NCBI GenBank assembly: GCA_964291265.2
Contig: OZ219747.1
Span: forward strand, 3,648,001 to 3,712,000
Direction of reading: 5' to 3'
Origin: Alphaproteobacteria bacterium
GTDB taxonomy: Bacteria; Pseudomonadota; Alphaproteobacteria; SP197
DNA length: 64,000 nucleotides
In this document: positions 21,501 to 30,768 of the stretch, piece by piece
Position numbering within the stretch: the first letter of the stretch is position 1
Layout: every line of letters begins with the position of its first letter
The notes under the pieces: model-generated
Seen by the model: the letters and a program-made list of their open reading frames with translations, nothing else
The model's database searches: none
What the model was told of the DNA's origin: nothing
Translations under genes and position numbers: made by a program

Positions 21501-22343
21501 AAGCTCGGCAAGGCCCGCCTCGACCTTGCGACGGCGCGTGTGGAGCGTCGCCTTCTGCGTCGCCTCACGCGTCGCCGGAAGCCCGTGCTTCTCGAGGTAG
21601 GCAAGGATCTCCCGGCGGCGCCCGGAGAAGGCGTCCAGGAACTCCCCGTCGTAGCCCGCCAGCTCGAAGCCCGGAACCGGGCCGATCATCCGCGGCGTCA
21701 CCGCGAAACCCTGGGCCACCAGGCGCGACGCCAGTTCGTTGCGGTAGTGCGCCCCGATCAGCTTCTCGCTGCGCCGCAAGGACGTCGGCTCGATGCTCTT
21801 CCAGGCGCCGTCGGACGAGCGCGTCATGTTCGCCAGAACGCAGTGCGTGTGAAGCTGGGGATCGAGATCACGGTTTGTGAGATGGCGAAAGCCCGCCACC
21901 ACCATGCCGTCCGCCTTCACCCGCGGCCGGCGCTTCGTCGCCGGATCCCAGCCCCGGGTCTGCAAGAGGTCCCGCTCGATCCAGTCCAGGGTCGCCCGCA
22001 CCGCCTCGTCGTGCGCCCGGATGACACGCACGTCCCCCATCACCAGCGCCTCCAGAGACACCGACTTCGGCGCCGAGAACGTGATGTCCCAGCCCGGACG
22101 GTGCCGGCGCTCTCCCTCGACGATCCTCCCCAGACGGATGTCCGTCTTCGGCACCTTGCCCTGCAGCACCGACTCGAAGCGCGACGGCACAACGTGGCCC
22201 CTCAGCCCAAGGTCGCCCGCCGCACGGCCATGCCAGAAGCTCGCCTTGCGATGCTCGGGATCGTTGCGGGCGTAGTACCCATCCTGCTCGTAGTACGAAA
22301 CCGCGGTCGCCGAGGACGCAAGCTCGTGAACCGTCGCCACCAT
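15576..22343 (-). CDS. MobF (TrwC/TraI-like) relaxase-helicase with a very long repetitive C-terminal extension
   Basis: YYEQDGYY, DITFSAPKSVS, HLTNRDLDPQLHTH, GRAGSGKTT, VVDEASM, GDTAQL, TVHGAQG, YVEVSRA. Confidence 0.93.
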   Translation of the reverse strand: MVATVHELASSATAVSYYEQDGYYARNDPEHRKASFWHGRAAGDLGLRGHVVPSRFESVLQGKVPKTDIRLGRIVEGERRHRPGWDITFSAPKSVSLEALVMGDVRVIRAHDEAVRATLDWIERDLLQTRGWDPATKRRPRVKADGMVVAGFRHLTNRDLDPQLHTHCVLANMTRSSDGAWKSIEPTSLRRSEKLIGAHYRNELASRLVAQGFAVTPRMIGPVPGFELAGYDGEFLDAFSGRRREILAYLEKHGLPATREATQKATLHTRRRKVEAGLAELVPQWRARARALGLVRDEAALRPPRPVEPETGREMALPVDPEAGLTKNERRRRQRSPAAPHLEPVVETVVRRRRFRPAAPAERIAEPETGVLEAVARAVAHVEERRTVIPARDIRALVLGHAPGRYRLEEIDAAIERLVAEGELLETVLRGSDRSFVTDRAVKAERRILEAVRQGRTLAVALVPEETVTARLAATRLTAGQANAVRHVLGSGDVVVGVQGRAGSGKTTMLKEVAGLVEGRPLIALAPSAAAARVLEKGAGVSTRTLQWFLVRYGDLSDPDRLERAREDMDGGVLVVDEASMIGTVAMERLLALAGTLGIARVVLVGDTAQLKAVDAGQPFALMQKRGMATAVMDEVLRQEDADLKEAVVRAREGEAGEAMTRLANRVTEHRVEDLGAEAARAWLALGAEDREACAVLAPTHAVRREINAAIREGLAQEGVLTGGTLTIRRLVDRRYTRIEASVLANYEPGDTVVFHRDAYGCRADDVCTITGVGDGWVVLDHADGRERRFRPSGNAARNLGVHETVEIEIRAGDRVRWTRNRKARRRTPALVNGEEARVLSIGPERVRLLADDGTEYSLARSDPHLRHLDHAWSSTVHGAQGKTAKKVIAVLDAGHMANREMFYVEVSRASQGFTLLTDDREALIECLETSPDVPDAALEALGEDLDGPIVDPEAWAAVVAAWEEVEREAAGSPPSSVPAYAGVMARLAAFAAVEDLPAEMRAFVDERLGAHEASRAAERQVRELISGLQDQPRRWPELAWAARSTGHPAGDGPAWRTWRDAGTALVDSARRRLAGEEAPALPEGDRRRLGVALAGVEKVRLKDDAARFARDWRALVERSREKAVPASLLTDHADISRRGAALARSTGLTAEERRAVDAWQARHAAETALVDDFRSARQRAGMLAAWFADHVPLDGAGGVDPGDADVTRWRRDAEAHLRHMRSLLDTDGPHGPYIAAMLEERDGIVTAGREVVESLEALDRATLLWRVCGISGRARLEDRLPLDLAEWFGTLGEIRRAVDAAAPGDPVGRHLERWLADDGRWRRDRRRVAETVGLLRDLERSRPRYADIRGDAPDRRAWRNGAEALDGALETVVALADHERRAHLAACGMTAQDFASLVGAVPLWRATDAALAGLDDWSGRAAEVLREGGEGPTIAQEDVERAYALIEEGRRLVEEWAAHPSRTDDMAGARDAVDSVIRQLEAARLTAACQAFAAFTRSVNRAHEEGGVHPLDAADYPRLLAALEDLAEHEGTPQATRDLMADWRDADGRWKAERRETEATVARARVLAKTGPAPAAADHPDADHPDARAWRTEAAAMLTAARAMLADRSLKARHLDALADARRDLVAAAATIETTFRALDRAALLQRVKEIEDRAEAAGRLPCDLADWPGLLEEVPGAVADGAPADGTVRAFTRRLDDDRRWRRDRARLAKALARLAEAETNRPTFGGSGDDRAAWRAAAPAAAEEAGAAMDAIPEGERTAQLRALGTSPDAFRQRLASAPSWMATDAALDVLANWRRRAGRLGEAAEPGDPLWRRDAAALLAEGRALPGAWKADGLPARDMAGAGDVVKTEAERIDAMLLGDSLRALVRRADAINGEVRDHHRHPLDSPHMAPLREVLRQLRDDPRLTAEDRTTVGAWRETLDGWDGERQRVHELVAEALALQPGLQGSAALSDAWRRRARMLLEAVEAGSLNQEAHIRAAGASPRRLAYIVAALPERLAQDDAVREEAGRTRHLLEVRTAMRQLREAPFDVSRSVRWDGTEPLLRGDRLSWIDAEGRHDAVVEMVSHVTGPDVIDRLRIRPVGGTETRSLHAETLRPLAGNVTCRRLLWPDEALRQRERDRQYPVRNDAFPFACEERVLPDDRIRWTMVRHAGPVQPPIEGDTAQVEAIVEAVEPGVNDVVGDGVTLRVVRSWGMQGAPAAGSTIRQDMRSLFTRGCVRAPWDDETARERRMAETLREIEARRRGRSRGLSM

Positions 22344-22349
22344 GGAGCG

Positions 22350-23147
22350 TCACTCCGGCGTCACGATCTCCAGCGACAGGTCCGGCGGCGGCCAGGGCGG
22401 CAACTCCGCCGCCGGCAGCATGGCCGTGACCGCAGGAGGAGCCTCAAGATAGCGCACCACGAAGTCGGTCATGAGGCCGAAGAAGAATGCGCAGCCGACG
22501 AGAAGGGGAAGCGCCACGCCGGTAAGCCAGAAATCGCGCCGGGAGCGCTTGAGCGCCTGCTCGACATGACCGAACCGACGGCCGAGTGCGGCCGTCCCAC
22601 TGGCAATGTCGCCCAGCGTCCGCGCCTCGCCGGCCTGCGCCTCCTTCCTCTCCGCCATGGCGTCGTGCGTCTCCTTGCGCAGCGTCTCGACGGAAGTCGA
22701 CAGCGCCGGGACGGCATCCGCGGCAGCGGCGAGCCGACGGTCATGGTCCGCGAGCGTGTCGGCGATCCTGTTCAGCGTGTCGTTCAGGGCGGCAAGGTCG
22801 GCGTGAACGGCGGCTGCCGACTTCACGTTGGCCTCGTCGAGCCTCACCGCAAGACCGGCGACGGCGGCAAGGACGCTTCGCACCGCCTTCATCAGCTCCG
22901 CGTGTCCCTCCGCACCGTTGCTGTCTTGCTCCTTGAGCCGCTCCGCAAGGGAACTGACAGCATCTACCAGGGCCTTCAGGACTTTGAGTTGCTGCTCCAT
23001 CGACTTCTGCAACGCCGCACCCTGCTCGCTGACGAGGGACTGGCACGCGTCCACGGCGGCCTGGATTGTCTCCAGCGTCTCACGGTCCGCCGACGCCAGG
23101 CGCTGTGCCGGTTCAAGCGGGCGAAGAAGGGTCTTTCCTCGTGTCAT
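22350..23147 (-). CDS. Coiled-coil protein with a C-terminal transmembrane helix, upstream of the relaxase
   Basis: Ala/Leu-rich heptads; FWLTGVALPLLVGCAFFFGLMTDFVV; 6 bp from the relaxase start. Confidence 0.65.
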   Translation of the reverse strand: MTRGKTLLRPLEPAQRLASADRETLETIQAAVDACQSLVSEQGAALQKSMEQQLKVLKALVDAVSSLAERLKEQDSNGAEGHAELMKAVRSVLAAVAGLAVRLDEANVKSAAAVHADLAALNDTLNRIADTLADHDRRLAAAADAVPALSTSVETLRKETHDAMAERKEAQAGEARTLGDIASGTAALGRRFGHVEQALKRSRRDFWLTGVALPLLVGCAFFFGLMTDFVVRYLEAPPAVTAMLPAAELPPWPPPDLSLEIVTPE

Positions 23148-23282
23148 GGCGCATCTCCCCCTGTCGTGACTTCGGCTCCTCCCCAAGCCATGACAGGGAT
23201 GTGCACAGGAGAAGGCGGAATGCAACCGCTGAATCGACGGGGCGGAGGGAGCAGGCCGTTTTTCCGTGGAGCCGGGACGATA

Positions 23283-23325
23283 TGCCGTGACGGCACACTC
23301 GGCAGTCAGCGTGTTGTCTGCCCAC
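23283..23325 (+). promoter_or_regulatory. Putative oriT/nic region
   Basis: Palindrome TGCCGT-G-ACGGCA followed by GCGTGTTGTCT (23309-23319), one mismatch from the R388-type nic GCGTATTGTCT; upstream of the mob genes. Confidence 0.5.
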
Positions 23326-23445
23326 CCATCCGATGATCGCTGGACGCGGATTTGCCCGCTGACATGATGGGAGTCGTATCAGGGGAGTCGAACCAGGATA
23401 CTCTCCGGGAACGTTGCGCAGACCGACGGCCCGTCCGGCAGACGT

Positions 23446-23700
23446 TCACTCCTCGAACCCGAACGATTCTTCATCCAGCTTGAGGTCTCGGGCGTTGGCC
23501 TTGACGGTCTCGACCACATCGTCGGGATATCCTTCGTCAGGACCGTTGCCTTCGAGTTCGACGGTGAGGTTCAGGGATGACCCTCTCGGCCTTGTGAGTT
23601 CGGCCAACAACCCGTCCATGATGCGTGCAACCTCCAGACCCGCACGGTCGGGATCGATTTCGATGGTGTCAAAGAACCGCGTCGGTTGCATCCGTCTCAC
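23446..23700 (-). pseudogene. C-terminal fragment of a DUF499-like AAA+ ATPase
   Basis: RFFDTIEIDPDRAGLEVARIMDGLL...VVETVKANARDLKLDEESFGFEE; 5' part replaced by an IS relic. Confidence 0.55.
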
Positions 23701-23758
23701 CGGGCCAGGCACTTGTCCTCGCAGTCGCCCACAGGCTCCACGGTGACCTCTCCAAAGT

Positions 23759-26204
23759 CAGACGTCCTGACCTCGGCTATGAATTTGTCCAATCAGTTTG
23801 ATGCTTCTGGGCCGAGTTTGGGTGGGTTGTCTGGCATGTCGTAGATCATGCGCAGGTCGGTTCCTGGGAAGATCGTGCGTGTCTGGTTGAGTTCATCGAG
23901 CAGTCCGGCGATGTCGGCGTCGCGCGCGTTGCTGGCGGTGCCGAGGAAGCGCACCCGCAGGACGCGGTTTTCCTGATCGGGGATGATGTCGGCGTCCGAC
24001 TGGAACAGTTCGGCGAGAGGGCGTCGCGGGCGCTGCTTTGCGCCCTGGGCCTGGGCGACGGCGGCCATCATCCGGGTTTCGGCGCGGTAGGCGATCATGC
24101 GAACGATGTCGAGCAGCAGCCTCTCGCTGGAGGGCAGGGCGTCGAGCCTGTCGTTCTCGTCGAGCTCGGCCACGGTGACATGTTTCGGGATTTCTGAACG
24201 CCGGACCTTGAGCGCCTCGTGCTCGGCGTCGAGCGTCACGATCTTGTCCTGCAGCGTTGCGGCGGCCGTGATGGCGGTGTCGGACGGGGCGCCCTTGAGC
24301 AGGTCGGCGACGCGGTTGCGCAGTGTGCCGAGCTTCTGGCGCAGCTGGCGGATGCGGCGGTCGCAGCGGCGCCAGTGCGGATGGACGACGCGCGCTTCGG
24401 GGTCCTGCTCGACAAGGCCGTGCACGGCCAGCGCGTCGAGGCCGAACTCCTGGCGCATGGACTTGAAGAAGTTCTCCTGGGACCAGCGCGAGAACAGCGC
24501 GCCGGCGACCCGCTCCATGGGCGTGTGCATGTCCGTGGTGACAAGCGGCACCTGCCGGCCGCTGTCCAGAAGACGCCGGATCTGGCGCACCTGCGGTCCG
24601 CCGGACAGCGTGATCCGTCTCTGTGCGAGCCGCACCTCGGCGGTGCGGACGCCACCTGGTGAGTGGAGCGGCGCCCGGACCGTGCGGAACTCCCCCTCCG
24701 GCCAGGGACCGCCCCGGAACCCCTTGTGCCAGGTGATCACCGCCACCCCGCGCCGGGCGAGGCGGGCGAACAGCGCCGGGCTCCAGCCCTCGCGGTCGAA
24801 CACCAGCGTCAGCCCCGGCGCGACCGCCTCTCCCCTGGCGAGGTTCGGCGCCTCCGGCCCCGGCAGGCCGAGCCGCTCCAGCGCGGGCAGGATGTCGTGC
24901 TCCAGCGCGTGCGTCATGGTCGGGTCGAGGTCCTTGTGCAGGCACAGGAGCGGCCGGCCGCCGAGCGCGTTGACCCAATAGCCTGTCGAGGCCGGCAGAC
25001 AGAGCTTCTGACGTGACACGAAGTGCTTCGGCAGGCGACCCTTGCGGCCGGTATACACCTTCACGTGCCCGTCCACCGACAGTGTCGCGCAGACATCCGG
25101 CGCCTCCGCGATCCAGTCCTTCGCCAGCGCGTCCTGTCAGTCCCGGACCCGCTGCGGGTCGCTCGCCAGCGCCCTGATCTTGCGCCGCAGCGTCTTGACC
25201 TCCGGGCAGCGGTCGAGCCCCAGGACCGCACCCCGTTCCCCGGGCGCCTCGTGGCGCAGCGCCTCGGGGTTGCGGATCCGGGCCATGAACAGGAAGGCGA
25301 GCATGAGAAGCACGCTCGTCAGCCCATAGTACCCTTTCGGCAGCGACAGGAACCTGTCCGCGTGCTCCAGGAGACCCTCCTTCAGCAGCGCCGGCAGCGC
25401 CGCCAGGACGCCGCCGCCGGCGACCGCCGAGAGTGGCTCGTCGAAGCGCGGCGGCGCTTCGCTCATGGCCCCCGTCGAGGCCGCGACGCGCCCGGCGCTG
25501 TCGCGCGCGCCGCGCCCCATCGGCGCGACCCTGTCGCGACGGTCCCGCTCGCCGCGGCCGAGAAGATCGTCCGGGCATCGCGTGGCCTCGTCGACTTGCG
25601 CCGCCTGCGGCCGCTCTCCGCCGCCGATGAAGCCGTTGCTGAGGTTGTAGTACGCCGTCGATCTCGCGATCCCCAGTTCCCGGGCCAGTGCCGCGGCGTT
25701 CATGCCCTCGGCCAGGAGACGGTTCGCCGCGGCTGCCGTCTCGCCTGTGATCACGCTGAGACCACGGCCCTTGCGTGGCTCGTAGAAGCTCGCTTCGCCC
25801 TCGTCCCGGAGCTTCCTCACCGCCCGCTGCACGGTCGCGCGGCTCACGTCGAAGGCCGCCTGCAGGTCTCCTTGAGGAACGCCGTGCCTGGCGAACCTGG
25901 CGATCCGCAGCAGCATGGCCGGCCGGTCGCCCTCGTCGTGGCAGTCGAAGGGCTCCATGTTCGAGAAGTAGACGGTCTGTCCGTCGAGGTCGGCAAGGGA
26001 GAAGCACGAGGTTCCGATCTGGACGGCTTCGGGAGGGTGCATTGCGAGCGTGTTCATGGCCTGGACTGCTCCAATATAGGCGTCATGTTATATTGGATCA
26101 CCCCACGGCTATGTTGTCAAGCAAAAAACTGGGAAACCCGTTCATTGTGTTGGAAAAAAAAGGGCCGGACTGATCAAGTCAACTCACTGAGGTCAGGACG
26201 TCTG
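23759..26204 (-). mobile_element. Unclassified (ISNCY-like) insertion sequence, 2446 bp
   Basis: Perfect 16-bp IRs CAGACGTCCTGACCTC; 5-bp TSD AAAGT at 23754-23758 and 26205-26209. Confidence 0.88.
23793..26057 (-). pseudogene. Putative transposase with N-terminal HTHs and one in-frame TGA at 25137-25139
   Basis: GLDRCPEVKTLRRK, VDGHVKVYTG, VFDREGWSP, SRWSQENFFK; two ORFs in the same frame separated by RVRD*QDALA. Confidence 0.8.
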
Positions 26205-26765
26205 AAAGTCCCCAGAGAACAGACGAGGAGCTTGTCGGGATAGTCCCTCTCAAGGGTGTCGGCGCCGAAGGCATGAGGCCTTGGTGCAGGCAGGTCGACG
26301 TTGATTGACGAAGCAAGATCAGGCAGGACCGCACGCACTGAGGCCAGTCGCAGGCCGCCCGTCGCGTTGCGCCACCCCTCGCGCTCGCACAATCCCCGCG
26401 CCAAGAACGAACGCGTGCTGCCCTCGGCAATCGACGCGGCCTTCAGTCAATCTCCCGTCGTCGCTGACAGGTGTCGAGAGTCTATCCTTGGGGATCACTA
26501 TGTATGTCGTCATGAACGGAAAGTTAAGCATCCAGGTTGACAGAGGCAACTCCGGTCGAAATGACGGTATGGCGTTTCGACCCGTAACAGACAAGATGCG
26601 CAACGGTCCTATGAACAATCCCGATGAAAACAACGGCCAATTAGCGATCGACTATTTCAGCACCAACCGCCTCGACTTCCACGGCGTGCTTGCCCAGTAC
26701 TCTCTCCTTTTCAGCAACATAGAGGACGAGTTGTGCCGTGCGTCGCGGGATCGAGTGTATACCCC

Positions 26766-27854
26766 TCAAGAATCCCTGCTACTCCGCTGTTGGGGCTGAC
26801 AATTCGCCTGGTCGATCCTCATCGAAAGATTCGAAAGCAGCTTTTCACCAGCTGCTCCCGTGGGTTGTGCCGAGACGTCATTGCCGCAAGGATTAAAACA
26901 AAGACGACTTTGAGATTCACGTTCGCGCCAGCGGGATACAAATTTTTTCTTGACACGACTTCTAAAGCAAAGCATAGCGGCGGTAAGCAAAAGCACAAAG
27001 GGAACAAAAAGCGCAGCACCAACTTCCGTCTTCATGAAAGCTGACATTACCGCAAGATAAACAACCGATAGAGGCAGGGCGCAAATTATGCCTACACTCC
27101 ATTCCAGCCCTTCCCATTTCCTTTCAACATAGTTATCTATCTCTTCACCGATTCTAGTAACTCTTGCTCTCTCAATTTTATCTCTTTCAGCCAACCATTT
27201 CCTTTGTGAAGCATTCCCGCACTGATCGCAAGCAAGATGTCCATTTTGACCAACAAACCAAACCTTCGTTGGCTCCTTTGACCAAAGCCAATTTCCACAC
27301 CCAGTGCATCGACCCTTTTGTTCTCGTGCCTGCCTAACGATTTCTGGCGACTTCATTGCCTCCCATATTCTTTGCGCGATGCGAATCGGGCTGTCGTCAC
27401 GGCTGCCGTCACCCGCACGGAGGTTGCAGTCGGAGCAGAGCGCCTGGCAGTTTTCCCAACCGTCCCGGCCGCCTTTGCTTCTCGGTACGATATGATCGAC
27501 ATGGATCGAGACGGCCGGCAGCGCCAGTAGGTTGCGTCCGCATCCTTTTCCCGTCGGGTCCTTCTGCGGGTCGCCGCACTTGCCGTTCTGTGCGACGATG
27601 CAATGCAACCAGTGACGCCGATAGTCGCTCTCGTCCCGAACCCGTCTTGACCGGTTACACCACCGTTCTTTTGCTTGCTCCGGTCCTTCCGGTCCCCACT
27701 GACCCGTGGCTGTCCCCTTGCGGATTGTCTTTGCAATTTCGAGGATCTTCTGATGTTCGGCGCAGCAAGTTTCGGTGCGATTCTTCCACGGCTCCGCCGG
27801 GCGACACACTGCGCAGTGTTTATCGGGAAGCGACGCTTGCTGCATCTTCTCCAC
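26766..27854 (-). CDS. HNH endonuclease-domain protein with Cys-rich motifs and two C-terminal TM helices
   Basis: HVDHIVPRSKGG...ENCQALCSDCN; CTGC...CDQC; two hydrophobic segments; lower GC. Confidence 0.75.
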   Translation of the reverse strand: MEKMQQASLPDKHCAVCRPAEPWKNRTETCCAEHQKILEIAKTIRKGTATGQWGPEGPEQAKERWCNRSRRVRDESDYRRHWLHCIVAQNGKCGDPQKDPTGKGCGRNLLALPAVSIHVDHIVPRSKGGRDGWENCQALCSDCNLRAGDGSRDDSPIRIAQRIWEAMKSPEIVRQAREQKGRCTGCGNWLWSKEPTKVWFVGQNGHLACDQCGNASQRKWLAERDKIERARVTRIGEEIDNYVERKWEGLEWSVGIICALPLSVVYLAVMSAFMKTEVGAALFVPFVLLLTAAMLCFRSRVKKKFVSRWRERESQSRLCFNPCGNDVSAQPTGAAGEKLLSNLSMRIDQANCQPQQRSSRDS

Positions 27855-27914
27855 TACTCCTGTCGCTTGATGGATATCCTGACGTCACGATGCATAATTT
27901 GAATCCGAGTTATG

Positions 27915-28688
27915 CTATTGAGAACCAGGCGGCGGCCAGATCAAAGGCATTCCGGTATCGGGATCGAAGGCGTCATCGAGCTTTGGCTCCCTACCGAGTT
28001 TGGCGCAGGCACCATGAAGTTGGGATTGTTTGAGACCGCGTACGCCAGAAAGAATTGCTCCAGACAATTTTGTTCTGCATAGTCTAACACGATCTAGGCA
28101 GGCACTGGGCGGAAACCAAACGTTTTGTAATTTTGCTCCTTGCAAGTCGATTATAGCGTCGTGTTCTTTTTCGAGCTCTCGGCCTTCGATGGAACGTTTG
28201 CTAATACCTACGATGATAGTTTGAATGTCTTCGCGAGGACGGCGTGATCTTTTCTTTTCAGATGCGGATGGCGGACAACGGACAAATGCAGCCAAAATGC
28301 GAAAGACAAGAGTATGGAATCCCTTAGGATCAAACTTAGCCAGTCGAAGAAGACTATCAATTGCTCCCATGCGTACTGCATGAATGTCGCTACCGATCAA
28401 TTGCACTGCACTTTGAAAGCGCTCAATTCTTAGAGATTGCTGAGTGGTTGCGATCTGTTTTTGTGCAGCATTCGCTTGATCGCGTGTAGCTTCAGTCTGC
28501 TTCACTGCAACAACGCTTCGCCACATAGCCAATATGATGGCTACCGCTGCAGCGATGACGAGACTGATGTTCCGGATAGTTTCGCTAGGCGCGCCATGTA
28601 GCCATGACCAATAGCACACCATTGAGCCGGCACCGGCCACTACTACCACAAATACTACTATTACCACTATTGACGCCCAAAGTCGCAC
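27915..28688 (-). CDS. Membrane-anchored pentapeptide-repeat protein
   Basis: Two N-terminal TM segments; ERFQSAVQLIGS...VRMGAI; DLQGAKLQN, TKLSGAILSGVRGL. Confidence 0.75.
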   Translation of the reverse strand: MRLWASIVVIVVFVVVVAGAGSMVCYWSWLHGAPSETIRNISLVIAAAVAIILAMWRSVVAVKQTEATRDQANAAQKQIATTQQSLRIERFQSAVQLIGSDIHAVRMGAIDSLLRLAKFDPKGFHTLVFRILAAFVRCPPSASEKKRSRRPREDIQTIIVGISKRSIEGRELEKEHDAIIDLQGAKLQNVWFPPSACLDRVRLCRTKLSGAILSGVRGLKQSQLHGACAKLGREPKLDDAFDPDTGMPLIWPPPGSQ

Positions 28689-29183
28689 TATTGCCCCTCC
28701 GCTTGCATTTACTGCTCATGCTTTTCAGGCTAGGTGGGGATGGAGCCGTTCGAATGCAAGGGGGCTCTTCCGAGACGATACTGTTACACGACTATGATGT
28801 TAAAGAGTGCGGCATTGTCGGTCATCACCTCCTTGACCGTGCTGTGGGTCTGCATAGCTCCTTGTCCAGGTTCACGCGCCCCTTCTAGGTAACTCTTTCA
28901 GCATGTCTCTTCATACTTGCGGCCCAGCCATGACTTGTTGGAGTTGATGAGGGATTGGCGTTCACGCAGGAGGTGGAGGGCGCAGAGCGCGTGATCGCAT
29001 TTGTCATGGGATAGTCAGCTGGCCCAACGGCTGTGGACCAGGGTTCTGTGGTAACAAGGTATGTGCCGATGTCGCCCATGGCGGTGCGACACCGCTTCGG
29101 ATAGCAGAAGGACAACCGCTTCAGGTTGCTGACGCATCCTTGCTTGAGGCCGAACCACATACCAGTGTTCAGCGTGTCCTAGT

Positions 29184-29567
29184 CCGAAGTTCCAGAACCG
29201 ATCAGACGTATCGTTATGAATGTATTGACGTTTGAAAAAATCGGGTGTGTCGCTACTGGGAACGCTACAGGCGTACGTCGAGGTGGTCCAGGGCCTTTTT
29301 CCGGAGCGTCGTGGGCCACGTGGTGACCTGGAAGAGCCGCAGGTTTCGACCTTCTCCATGGGCCAGGGGGAGAGATTGTTGGCGGGGGCCTCATGCGGTT
29401 GGGGGCTATGTCCACGTACATGGCAACGAATATGGGGCGATGGACGCATGTGTCAACAGAGATTTCCACCGTTACATGGGAACATTTGCATGCTGTCCCT
29501 CTGCCATTTTATCAGCAAGATCAACGACTTGGTGTGGTTGTACCGCTGAAATCGTCCGGAACTTCGA
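29184..29567 (-). mobile_element. MITE-like internally deleted IS1634 derivative (384 bp)
   Basis: Both IS1634 ends present in inverted orientation; TSD CCTAGT at 29178-29183 and 29568-29573. Confidence 0.85.
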
Positions 29568-29610
29568 CCTAGTCGAACGAAACCGGGTTGGACCGACGCT
29601 GAATGAGGAC

Positions 29611-30768
29611 TCAGGATCCCGCGTTCGATGCCATGATCTGTGTCATGACGTTGCCGACCCGTTCCGCTGCCGCCTCGACATCCTTGTCCGCAACGTGGGC
29701 ATAGCGCAGGGTCATGGAAACCTGCCGGTGACCAAGGAGCCTCGCCACGGTCGGAAGCGGCACACCGTTCAGGACAGCCTGGCTGGCGAAGTTGTGTCGC
29801 AGGTCATGCAGACGCACATCCTCGATGATGGCCCGTTTGCGGAGGGTGAACCACAGCTGCTGGACACTCACAATGGGTATGGTCGGATCGGAGGGTGACG
29901 GAAAGACATGATCACTGCCTGTCCTGGACTGACGAGCGATGATCCCGCGGGCCTTGCTGTTGAGGTAGACTTTCCGTGGTCCGGTTTTGCTGTCCTCAAG
30001 GTCGAGCGTGTCGGCACCGACTTCGGACCACCTGAGGGTGCGGACCTCGCTGCAGCGGCATCCAGTATAGAAGAGCAGGCGAATGATGTCTGCCTGGACT
30101 GATCGTTCCGGACGTTCGGCGACCAGCCGGTCTAGTTCGGCATGCAGGCGACGGGCCTCGTCCCGGGACAGGAACCGGTTGAACCGGCGTTGCGGGTTCC
30201 GGCGCATTCCGCTTGCCGGATTGGTCTCGAGATGACCATGAACCACCGCGTGATTGAGAATCTGGCGCAACACATCGAGAACCCGGTTGGCGCCGCCTGG
30301 TGCCGACATGCTGTAGCGGTCGAACCAGTCGATCACGTCCGTTCGTCGGATCCGATCCAGCGGAATGTCGCCAAACGCCGGCAGGAGTTGGCTCGCGAGT
30401 GTGTAGTCTATGCTGCGCCGGGTTGAAGGCTTGAGACGATCGAAGCACTCGGAGCGCCAGATACGTGAGACAAAATCGCCGAAAAGAGGTACGGGAACCG
30501 AGGGAATGTCCGGCAGCGGTACCGTGTCGTCGGACTGAATGGTGAGACACCGGGAGCGCGCCTCATCGACAGACATGCGTATCACGGGACCCAGCGTCCG
30601 GCGTTTCAAGGAACCGTGCCGGTTGTTCAGAACAACGAACGACTTGTGACCGGAAGACCGCACCCTGACGCCAAGGCCCGTGATCCGTGTGTCCCATACG
30701 GTATACTCGTCGGGCATCGTCGCAAGGCGCGCAATGGCGCGATCACTCAACCGCATCTTTCGCTTCAT
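29611..30768 (-). CDS. Tyrosine integrase B (N-terminal arm-binding domain)
   Basis: VWDTRITGLGVRV; TGCRCSE, DSKTG, HDLRH, LLGH, MTLRY. Confidence 0.92.
   Translation of the reverse strand: MKRKMRLSDRAIARLATMPDEYTVWDTRITGLGVRVRSSGHKSFVVLNNRHGSLKRRTLGPVIRMSVDEARSRCLTIQSDDTVPLPDIPSVPVPLFGDFVSRIWRSECFDRLKPSTRRSIDYTLASQLLPAFGDIPLDRIRRTDVIDWFDRYSMSAPGGANRVLDVLRQILNHAVVHGHLETNPASGMRRNPQRRFNRFLSRDEARRLHAELDRLVAERPERSVQADIIRLLFYTGCRCSEVRTLRWSEVGADTLDLEDSKTGPRKVYLNSKARGIIARQSRTGSDHVFPSPSDPTIPIVSVQQLWFTLRKRAIIEDVRLHDLRHNFASQAVLNGVPLPTVARLLGHRQVSMTLRYAHVADKDVEAAAERVGNVMTQIMASNAGS

Larger units (their letters stand above)
23701..26543 (-). pseudogene. Degenerate 5' relic of a DUF4338-IS4 element, split by the 23759-26204 IS
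   Basis: 26205-26543 and 23701-23758 match 9980-10374 (LERDYPDKLLVCSLG|DFGEVTVEPVG). Confidence 0.8.

Noticed and set aside
18411-23336. Long + strand ORFs (820 and 817 aa) and similar antisense ORFs elsewhere
   Set aside because: Shadow frames of GC-rich genes with clear motifs on the opposite strand
25137-25139. Selenocysteine or programmed readthrough at the TGA in the transposase
   Set aside because: No redox motif context; TGG>TGA is simpler in a region full of pseudogenes
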